From contig JBITNC010000001.1 of NCBI GenBank assembly GCA_050084985.1, positions 67,890,001 through 67,954,000 on the forward strand: a stretch of DNA of 64,000 nt. The letters are read 5' to 3'. This document shows positions 53,804 through 64,000 of this stretch, one piece after another. The notes below the pieces were generated by a model. It worked only from the letters and a program-made list of their open reading frames with translations, had not been told where the DNA came from and did not search any database. The DNA is from Nageia nagi. Its lineage: Eukaryota; Plantae; Pinophyta. Positions within the stretch are counted from its first letter, which is position 1. The number at the start of each line of letters is the position of its first letter. The position numbers and the translations under genes are program-made.

Positions 53804-55205
53804 TTTTTTTGTAAGTATAAAAATACCAAAAAGTGGCAAAGGAATTTTTTATACAGGGACCAAAAATCAGTCTAAAAGTTTGAAATAGATAGAGTAATAG
53901 ACTACTCTAATTCTATTTACAAAATATAACTTGGTACGTAGCGCATCTTTAGTTACCATTTGTAAATCACAAAAAAGACTAATATATTTATCCCTTGGTA
54001 TCCCTTCTATTGGAATGTATAATGCATTATTGTAAATAGATGTATAAATTCACTAATATTTAAAGGTATTATTTGATACCTTAAGTATTTTAGTGAATAT
54101 AATAATGTAACTTGTCCTACACTCCAACATGAGCATGCACCTTGGGTCAAAGGTATGCATGTCATGCTCAGGTCATCCAAGGAGGGATTTTGGCCTATAA
54201 ATAGAAGTCTCCCTCCTTGTAATGATATACCAATTATGGAGTAAGGATATGCTATAGGATAGAAGTGTAGGAGTTGAGATTAGGAGAATTGTAAGAGAGT
54301 TGTATTTGTGAGAGATATAAAGATCTAGTTAGTGGATATACTCCTAGTTGGAGGAACCAATTTACATCTTGTGTTGTGAGATTGCTTTGTGTATTTTTTG
54401 GATGTAATTGTGAGCTTTCATGTGATCTTGGTAGTTTAGGAATTATATTGTTAATGTTAGTTCCTTCACCTTCAAGTGTCTACTTGGTATAAGTTTCTCT
54501 CTTCATTCCTTATTAGGTTGATACATAGATCTATTAGTTTGTAACCATCATGAGCTTGTAGGATTTTGATTTTAGTTTCTTAGATCATTGTGATATCTAG
54601 TTTATGTTCCTTCCTGATATTCTTAAGAATGCATTCTGTAAGGGCCTATTCACATCCCTTGTATAGCGATTTCATTTTTAATCTTTATTTTTTAAGGGTG
54701 TTCTACCCGCTTTCATTATATCTTCAATTTTTTATTATGGTCCTACCTCTATATATTTTTTAGCCTCCTTAGTTATCTTAACTTGGATACTTACTTTAAC
54801 ATGTCCTCTCTTTTCTATCTCAAGTCTCACTTAGGCTCTAATTACCTTAGATCTGGTAAGTCTTACTGATTTCTTCCTCGAAGGAGTTTTTTCTTCTGAA
54901 GTTCCATCTTCTTCTTCATTTTTTGCATCTTCCATTTCATTTATATCATCTTCTTCTTCTTCATCATTACTATTTTTCTCCTTATTATCTTCTCTTTGTC
55001 ATCGTTAAGGCCTTCACTATGCTTGGCTTCTTCTTTAGCTACTATATTTTCCTTTACTTTGATTTCTTCCAAGATATACAATTGATTGAATTGGTTGGTG
55101 GATTTGAATTATGGCCTTTACTTTTGTTGTTGAGGTGCCTACAATGCTTCACCCATGTTGAGTTGGGGAGGTTGGAGTTTCCTTCACTACTTTACCATTT
55201 TTTTA
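53804..55205 (-). mobile_element. Probable fourth LINE 3' end (charged ORF3-like tail), split by a solo LTR
   Basis: The terminus tttttttgtaag...acagggaccaaaa resembles ttttttcaataag...acagggccccaaaa at 46191. K/E-rich coding remnant at 54840-55200. Confidence 0.5.
54008..54468 (+). mobile_element. Solo copia LTR
   Basis: TA (mutated TG)...CA ends; perfect TSD CCTTC (54003-54007, 54469-54473). Confidence 0.9.
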
Positions 55206-55210
55206 TATGC

Positions 55211-58200
55211 ATGCATTATTGTAAAGGTTTTGTAATAATCTTCTATGTAAGTTTACTAATACTTAAGGGCATCATTTGATACCTTAAGTATTTAAGTGAA
55301 TATGATAATATAACGTATCCTACACTCCATGTCATGAGCATGCCCCTTGGGTAAAAAGGAGTGCATGACATGCCTTTATACATTGGGTAAAAGGGTGATC
55401 CAAAGAGAGATTTTGGCTTATAAATAGAAGGCTCCCTCTTTGTTATCATACACCAATTTGTGGAGTAAAGTTATGCTAGAGGATAGTGTTTAGGAGTTGA
55501 GTTTAGAAGGATTGTAAGAGTTCATATTTGTGAATGAAGTGAGATCTAGTTAGTGGATGTACTTTTAGTTGGAGAAACCACTTACATCTTGAGTTATCTT
55601 TGTGAGATTGCTTTGTGAGTTATTTAGATGTGATTTGTGAGCTTTCATGTGATCTTGGGAATATAGAGTTGTTTAGTTTATATTACAACTCCTTCATTTG
55701 GTATCAAAGGTCCTTGGAAGCTCCTCTTCTCATCCTTGGTGTGGAGATTTTCTTCCTTCAATCTTGTGATCTTGTTGAGGTAAAATTCAAGATAAGGTAT
55801 AATCTCCTATATACAATCTCCTTCATTTGTTTGTCTTATGGCATATTTCACTAATGTTACTAGCACATTTTTGTTGAGTATGTTAGTCATTTCTTATATA
55901 TGTGAGAAAATTTCTTTTAAAAAGGGGGAACTATATATTATGTAGAAATGTCTCATTGGAAATGTGTATTATTATATTGCTATGCAATTTCTTTTCCTAA
56001 CATGATTTGTGTTAGTTGAATTTTTTTTTGGGTAAAAATGTGCTTAAAGTAGCAATATTTATTGATGCATTTTTTTTTATACAAACATATTGTTTTTTCA
56101 CATATATTTAATCTTTGAAGGTTTTATTATGAGTTGAGAAAATTATTATTTTTTTCTTTCTCCAAATATTATATGCTACTAAAAATTATAGTGCAATTTT
56201 TTAGTGCTACCTTAAAAGCTACATTCAACAAAATTTGAAAGGTTTTTTATTTGAAAGTTTATCAAATACATTTTTTTTGAGTGGGGAGGTTGCTATGTCG
56301 TACCCTAGCCAACCCCCCCCTTCCCAACATTTGGTTGATGCAACTATCATAGGCATAATGTCCAGTTGTCATTTTTTGGCAATCTCCTTGCATGACAGCA
56401 CTCTTTCCATTTCTACTCACGACTCCTCCCCTTCATCACAACTTTGTGTTCTCATTCATTTTGGTTGGCGATGAGATTGAAATAAAATAAATAGACCAAA
56501 GCTCCCCTCTTATAGCTTCTTTTGCACTTCTCTCCTCATGCACTTGTAGATCTACCTCTCCTTGCACGGGCACCAATGTTTGCAACGTCCATCTTTGAGC
56601 CTGCTTCATTGGCCTCCCTAGCCACCTTCAACCTCATACCTCCCTATTTTTGGTTTTGTTCCATTTGGAACCCCATGCCTCCTTGGTTTTGTTTTTGATC
56701 TATTTAGAACCTCGAGCCTCCTTGGTTTTGATTTGAATCCATTTGGAACCACGCTTACTTAGACTCCATTGCCTCTTCGTGCGATGCACGAGACCTCCAC
56801 ACCTAGCCAAAGCCCTTTGCCACCTACACGGCTCCTCCTTTGGTCTTTACAGCTTTCTTCTTTTAAATTTGATGGGTATATTAAAAAAAAAGCCTTTTTT
56901 AAGCAAATCATATACTTTTCTAGGTAAACATTTAATGTTTATTATTGCTTACATGTTATTATATATATTAAAGGACCTTAAAAGCAATATAATCATAAGT
57001 ATATTTAATTACTTACTTTAGAGTATGTTATTGGTCACAATTTCATCATCACCTCTTAAATGCCTTCCTACCTTAAGTCAAACTGTGGCTAAAAATATAC
57101 AAGTTTTTTAGGAGTATAATTTGTGTTGATAATTACCTCTAAAAGTATGATTATACCTAAAATTTTTAAGCAAAGGGAAGGGGGAATGCTATTTAGCAAT
57201 ATTTTTGAGGAAAATTATAATATTTACTTAAATAAAGTATACTTAGAAAGTTTTTTTTTGTTCTCTAGCACGCAATTTTTTTCTAGCTAAGTTTGTATGC
57301 TACATTTAGGGATAAATGTTTAAGTCAAGAAGGGGAAGTTTATTTTACTCTTTACTTAAATATTTATCTAGATTTCATGTTAAAGGTGACAAAACTCCTC
57401 ATGCAAAGTAATAAGATAATGCATACTTACTTAAAATTTTAAATTAATGCTTAGTACTTAAAAGTTAAATGCATGCTTAGTACTTCAATTTTATTTTAAA
57501 AGATGAAAGATGAATTTCTTTACTTAAAAATTGTTAAGTGCATGTTATTTATTGCTTACTTTTTATAATGCATGCTTAAGGTTAGTCCTTATACTTAGTA
57601 CTTAATTTTTTAAGTTAAAATGATGCATGCTTATACTTAACATTTAATTTTTTAAGTTAATGATGCATGCTTAGGACTTAATTTAAATGCTTAGGATTTA
57701 GATTTTTTTAAGTCAATAATACATGCTTATTACTTAAAAATTTAAGTGATGATGCAATTGACTTCCTTATGCAAGAATGGACTTGTGTAAAATTAGGAAT
57801 GATGTAAAAGATATCCTTTAGGGTTTGGTAAACAAAACCCATTGGTCATTTAGGCTTCAAATCTTAAATGGATGATGCTTTTACTTATGCTCTTTTACAT
57901 CATGTTTTGCATTTTGATTTATTTTCTTATATAAATAAAAATGCAAACATTGAAATGAGAAACCCTCTAAAATAAATATTTTCGCATGTACATTTCGCAA
58001 CATGACTTGTTTGGACAACCATGAGGTGAGGATAAGAAAACTAAAGCCTTTAAGTTTGATGATCCAAATGGTGAGAAGTTTGTACTTCTTAATTACCCTT
58101 AAGTCCTTTATTGGTCTAGATATAACTCCAATAGGTGGAAAGGCTTATGTGCAATGATACCACATGTTTGCACATCCATTCAAGGATTATCCTGATAACC

Positions 58201-59217
58201 TAGGAGGATAACATGCAACCTAATAATGATTAATAATTTGGTCGATCCAATAAATATCATAACCTTGGAAAATACTAGGTGCTTTTCCTTATGAGAAAGT
58301 ATAATACTGGTCAAGGCAAACTAGTTGAGGATTGGTGGTACTTTGGCTCCTCTTATGCAGGCATCTAAGTGAAGGCCTAATTTTAGATAAGAAAATAAGC
58401 CTCAATAATGTCACTTTTCATCTACGGTTCTTGAGATGAGAAATGTATTTGGGTACATGGGTTATTATTTGAGTTGTAAAACATTTGCACTAATGAATCA
58501 AATCAAGCATATCTTAGTTAATTGAATATAACATGTATTACTTGGTTAAAACTTAACATATAATGTTATTTATTGAATCATATGCTTATTATGTTTCACA
58601 TTTTTGTGTAGTAAATGGGAGACTCCTTTTTACCCAAACACATTCTTTATGGTTATAACTTTGGGATTTAGGAACCTCAAATGAGAGCTAAGTTGTAGGT
58701 AAGGAAGCTTTGGCAAATAGTGAATGAGAACCTTGTACCTCATACAGATGAGGAGGCACTTGAGACCTACAACACTACAAATGAGTTGGCTACCTCCATG
58801 ATTTTTCATACAGTTTCAAATCATATGCTCCTAATGAGTTCCTCTTCAACATCGACAAAAGAAGCTTGGGATAAACTTAAGAAAATCTACCTTGGTTCAA
58901 AGTTTTCAAGAAGGTTTACCATTATTCAAAAGTTGCTTCAATCTCATCAAAGGGAAGGTGAAAATGTGGTTATCTACTTGAACAAAATCATTAACTTTAG
59001 GACCTAACTTGTTGCTTATGGATGCAATTAGATCAATGATGAGTTCATAGTCTTTATCATTCTCCAAAGCCTTTCTTCAAAGTTTGCTAAATTTATGATG
59101 ATTATGAAAACAAGGCTTGATGATGAAGAAGAAGTCTTCTCCCTTGAGAACCTTTCTAGGCTTCTTTTGAAGCATAGAGAAACCTTTAATAAAAAAGTGT
59201 TGATTTCTTCTCCTAAG
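55211..59217 (+). mobile_element. Ty1/copia element A: 5' LTR (55211-55696), PBS, ~2.9 kb leader, gag interrupted at 59217
   Basis: PBS TGGTATCAAAG at 55699; gag from ~58615 (...LWQIV...KEAWDKLKKIY...) with stops. Confidence 0.88.
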
Positions 59218-60167
59218 TGATGGAATTAGCCTAGATCTAATTCTCAAGGTCCAAGACTAGGAAGCTCAATCATACAACATTCACACAAGATAACACAAGT
59301 GTAATGTGGTTCCTCCCTCCTTGGGAGTACATCCACAACTAGTATCTCAATTCTCAAGTATGCCCCTCTTACAACAATTCCTTCCTCTCCTACAAACTAG
59401 TAGAGTAATCTTACTCCAAATCTAAGATGTGAATTACAAGAGGAGAGGCCCTCTATTTATAGCATGAGGGCACCTCCCTAACCTCCCTTTAACCCAAGGG
59501 TAAGGTTAGGGTTACAATAAGTGTATGACCTAACTTTAACCTACCAACTAACACCATGGTAAGGTTAAAGTCCACATAATAAAGAATTCAATTAATCCCT
59601 TAAGGTATCTACATATCCTTTAAGTGATTAATTGAATTTACAAGGAGTTTAGATATTCACAATATTTCATTACAAATTCTAACACTCCCCCTTAATGCAA
59701 TATTGGGATAGAGCGTAGAAGAAAGAAGAGAGAGAGTAAGAGAGAGTTCTTCTCCGTAGAGATACAAGTGGAGATGAGAATATTTACATATTTGAGAATC
59801 TTTTGAGAACTAGTATGAGACTCACTACATTACCATTTGACAAAATGGTTTACAATACAATCATTAACCACAATTGGTTTCACTTGTACATAGTAGTTGA
59901 TCAACTTTAAGTTGACATGTGAGTCTCCATGAGCTTGCTTTCACAAGGTGAGTAACCTGCATTTCTGAAGAAGATCCTGCATGCTACAAGCAACTCATGA
60001 ATAAAATCAGTTAGATGCATCATATATTCAAATAAGAGAATCAAATAATGTCATCTTATAAATAACTGATTAATGGTGCACTATAAGTCATCACGGAGAT
60101 GCCAAGCCATCACTCATAGTCACCTATTGTATATAGACATGTGTTGATTATTAATAGAGCATAAAAA

Positions 60168-60560
60168 TTATACAACGAGTTTCTCACATAGAGCAAACTC
60201 ACCATAGAGGTATAGAATGTACAACAAGTTCGTCACACAGAGTGACCTTACCACGGAGGTATATTAATTATATGCTCAAAAATTATACAACGAGTTTCTC
60301 ACGCAGAGCAAACTCACCACGGAGGTATAAAATGTACAACAAGTTTGTCACGCAGAGCAAACTTACCACGGAGGTGTAAAATGTACAACAAGTTTGTCAC
60401 GCAGAGCAAACTTACCACGGAGGTATAAATATGTACAACAAGTTTGTCACGCAGAGCAAACTTACCATGGAGGTATAAAATAATCAACACTCTATAACAA
60501 CAATTGTACAACAAGTTTGTCACGCAGAGCAAACTTACCATGGAGGTCTAGAATGTACAA
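60168..60560. repeat. ~50-bp hairpin tandem array, 7 copies, in the copia 3' region
   Basis: tgtacaacaagtttgtcacgcagagcaaacttaccacggagg units. Confidence 0.93.
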
Positions 60561-60614
60561 TAAAAAAAGGCCTCTTAGAGGTGAAGTTGTCATCACTAAC
60601 AAAAGTTCAAACTT

Positions 60615-63600
60615 CACTCCCCCTTGAGGGTAACTTCACCAACCTGAGAGAATCCCTAAGCTTGCTGAACTAAGCTTCAGGAAGGGGCTTGGTGAATAAA
60701 TTAGTGGAGTTTTCAGTAGATGGACAATACTCCAAGTGTATGATGTCATCTAGAACCTTCTCCCTCATAAAATGGGCTTGGATTTCCACATGTTTAGTTC
60801 TCTGATGGAACATAAGATTCTTAGCCAAAGAGATAGCTGATTGATTATCTGAAGAAATAAGAGATGGGCTATTTTGCTTATACCCAATTTTGTTCAGAAG
60901 ATGCCTCAGCCAAATAGCTTCTTGGGCGGCAACAGACATGGCTCGATATTCGGCTTCGATGGTAGAAAGAGTCACAATAGGTTGCTTCTTGGAAGCCCAA
61001 GAGATAGCACCTGAACCAATGCTAAACACATATGCAGAGGTTGATTTTCTATCATCTCTATCTCCCCCATAATCAGAATCTGAGAACCCTGAGAGAATAA
61101 TTGAGGGCACTTTGGAATACTTAAGAGCAAGATCCTTTGTCCCTGCCACATACCTCAAGATTTGCTTAACAACATTGAGGTGTTCAACATATGGTTTTTG
61201 CATGAATCGTGCCATCAGATTCACTGCAAAGGCAATATCAGGATGAGAGATAGTCAGATACAAAAGACTACCGATCAATTGCTTATAAGCTGTAACATCA
61301 ACCAACTGAGAATCTGAGCTCAATGATACAACAATTCCAGGAGAAATAGGTATTGCAACATATCTACACTCCTCCATTCCAAACTTTTGCAAGATGTCTG
61401 ATATATACTTAGATTGACTAAGATAAGTATAATCTTTGTGTTGGTATACTTGCATCCCAAGATAGTAATGCAATAGACCTAGATCAGTCATTTCAAATGT
61501 TGCCTTCAGTTTGGATATGCACTCTTGGATGATTTCAATATTGTTTCCTATTATGAGAAGATCATCCACATAAAGGAGAATTAAGACCACATCTTTTCCT
61601 TGATTGAGTACATAGAGATCTGAGTCAGAGAAGCACTTGGAAAAACCAATATCTGCAAAGAATCCTAAAATTTTCTTGTACCATGCTCTAGGTGCTTATT
61701 TAATTCCATACAAAGACTTCTTTAGCTTGCACACAAGAGACTCTTTTCCTTCTGGAATAAATCCTTCTGGTTGATTCATGTAGATTTCTACATCCAAGTC
61801 ACCATTGAGAAATGCACTCTTGACATCAAGTTGGAAAACTTTCCATCCTTGAGCTCCAGAAAGAGCAAGGATTATCCTGACAGTAGGCATCTTGGCCACA
61901 GGAGCAAAGGTTTCCTCATAATCAATACCATATTTCTGAGCGAATCCTTTGGCCACTAACCTTGCTTTGTATTTTTGAACTTCTCCATCAGAATTGTACT
62001 TGACCTTGTATATCCATTTATTTCCAATCACATTTTTTTCATTGGGATAAGGAACCAAATCCCAAGTTTCATTTTTCATGAGTGCCTCATACTCAACTTT
62101 CATAGCTTCCATCCAATACTCTTGCTTGGAAGCTTCTTTGAATGTTGATGGCTCATTCATATTATCAATTTTGGAAAATAAGGATTTATTCAAGGTCATA
62201 CTCCTTGTAATTCTCTGAGCTGGAGAATTTTGCTCTTGTGGTGACTTCCCTACATGATCATCCAACCAGTTAGGTGCAGGCGTAGAATCATCTGAATCAG
62301 ACACCTCAGCATGAGAAGTCGTATCCTCAGGAAGTTCATTGAACTTGACATCCCTAGAAACAAAGACTATTTTATGGGATGAGGAGTAGAGCTTGTAACC
62401 TCTATGCTAATTATCATACCCCACAAAGATGCATTTTTCTGATCTTTTGTCTAGTTTCTTTATTTTCTCTGAGGTAATGAAGGTAAATGCATCACAACCA
62501 AAGACCCTGAAGTGTGAGATGTTAGGTTTCTTTCCTATCCATGCTTCATATAGAGTTTTTTCCTTCAACTACTTTAGTAGGACACCTATTTAGGGTGTGA
62601 ATAGCAGTGTGAACAACTTCTCCCCATAAGAAACTAGGAAGGTTACCCAACATGCATCTTGCCATTTCCATAATGGTGCGATTCTTCCTTTTAGCAACTC
62701 CATTTTGCTGAGGGGTGTAAGGGATTGTGAATTATTGCTTGATCCCATGTTTAACACAATAATCGTTAAACTCATTGCTATTATACTCACCCCCATTATC
62801 AGATCTCAGCATCTTGATCTTAAAATCAATTTGATTTTCAACAAGAGCCTTGAAGTCTTTAAACCGGTCAAAAGTTTGATCCTTGTGCTCAAGTAGATAA
62901 CCAAATGTCATCCTACTGAAGTCATCAATGAAGGTCAAAACATAAGAAGCTCCCCCTAGAGACTTAGTCTGTAATGGACCCATCAAATCTGAATGCACAA
63001 GCTGAAGAGAACGAGTAGCCCGAGTTGCCTTATCTTTTTCAAACTTTTGCCTATTCATCTTTCCTAGAATGCACCTTTCACAAAGACCAATTGTGGGTGA
63101 AATATTAGGTAAACCTTCCACAAGTTCTTGATTTTTCATATCTTGAATACTCTTGTGGTTAAGGTGCCCTAATCGTTGATGCCAAAGATTACCTTTTGAA
63201 CAAACATTTGCAGCAAGACAAATCTTTGAAGGTACTTGATCCACAATATAAAGGTCATTCTTTACTGATCCTTTCATCAAGGTGGCAAGTCCTTTCTTAA
63301 CACACCAGGAGTGTGAGGTAAACTCAAATGAGCATCCTTTCCTTGTAATCTGAATTACAGAGATAAGATTCATCCTTAGTTTAGGCACATAAAAGACATT
63401 ATCAAGAGCCTTTCCATGAATCTTCACATTCCCTATTCCTTGAACATCAAGGATTGTATTATCACCTATCACAATTGTATCCTTGTTGTACTTATGAAAG
63501 TTTTCAAACTTATACTTTTCATAACACATGTGATTAGTGCATCCTGAATCAACAATCCAATCATTTGAAATAGTTTGAGTCATTGAGTAGTAGGCAACAG

Positions 63601-64000
63601 TAGCAGCATGCTTGTTCTTCTTTTTATTATTAAAATTTCTCACATTTGCATTTCGCTTGCCTTTTTGAGCAAATTTCTTTTTGCGACAATCATACTCTTT
63701 GTGCCCAAAGATGCCACAAAAGTTACAATTTCCATCAAACTTTTCTTGCGGTGTTGGTTTGCTTGATCCAACTTTGTCATTCCTTTGCTTGAAGTTGTCG
63801 TGCTTCCTGATGGTAGATGAGGATTTGTTATCTTTGAATTTATAATGTTTGAACATCTTCTTGAAAGGAGTTTTGGTTGCTCCTAGAGCAATGGTATTAT
63901 CCTTTGGAGAAAAGTTCAACATTTTCTTGTTCAAAGTTTCCTCATGCTTCAGAAGGAGTCTAGAAAGGTTATCAAGAGAGATGACATCTTCTTCATCATT
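60615..64000 (-). pseudogene. Copia gag-pol polyprotein, inactivated
   Basis: In-frame stops at 62732, 62407, 61696 and 60670, and a +1 frameshift in the A-run near 62556-62561. Confidence 0.93.

Larger units (their letters stand above)
59218..64000 (-). mobile_element. Ty1/copia element B (3' LTR 59218-59684), continues beyond the window
   Basis: PPT AGGGGGAG at 59685-59692. Domain order gag zinc knuckle, PR (DSGCT), INT, RT (YVDD), RH. Confidence 0.95.

Noticed and set aside
1154-57021. Most 60-120 aa ORFs in the supplied track
   Set aside because: They are low-complexity or antisense frames of degenerate TEs and introns, often with non-ATG starts and no recognisable motifs.
60168-60560. 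CRISPR-like appearance of the palindromic repeats
   Set aside because: Units are head-to-tail without unique spacers, no cas genes are present, and the array lies inside a plant retrotransposon.

Overview
AT-rich eukaryotic DNA, most likely a gymnosperm/conifer (inferred from multi-kb TE-filled introns and the PPR and TE styles). It holds one host gene on the minus strand: a 13-exon, ~32 kb class-3 lipase (diacylglycerol-lipase-like, Arabidopsis At2g42450-type; 45093->12891, ~883 aa). That gene has a GC-AG intron and an apparent 1-nt frameshift in exon 7. Most of the remainder is nested TEs: three TSD-flanked solo LTRs, two related Ty1/copia elements (one inserted in the other), an internally deleted short-LTR copia, Ty3/gypsy relics, a Mutator-like MITE and a PPR pseudogene fragment. 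The top finding is a full-length, TSD-bounded L1-clade LINE (46190-53583) with a third ORF between ORF2 and the poly(A). Homologous ORF3 sequence recurs in two other diverged LINE 3' ends, and probably in a third. The second finding is a hairpin-repeat array with compensatory base changes between two polypurine tracts in a copia 3' region. All calls come from manual reading and translation; no database searches were run.
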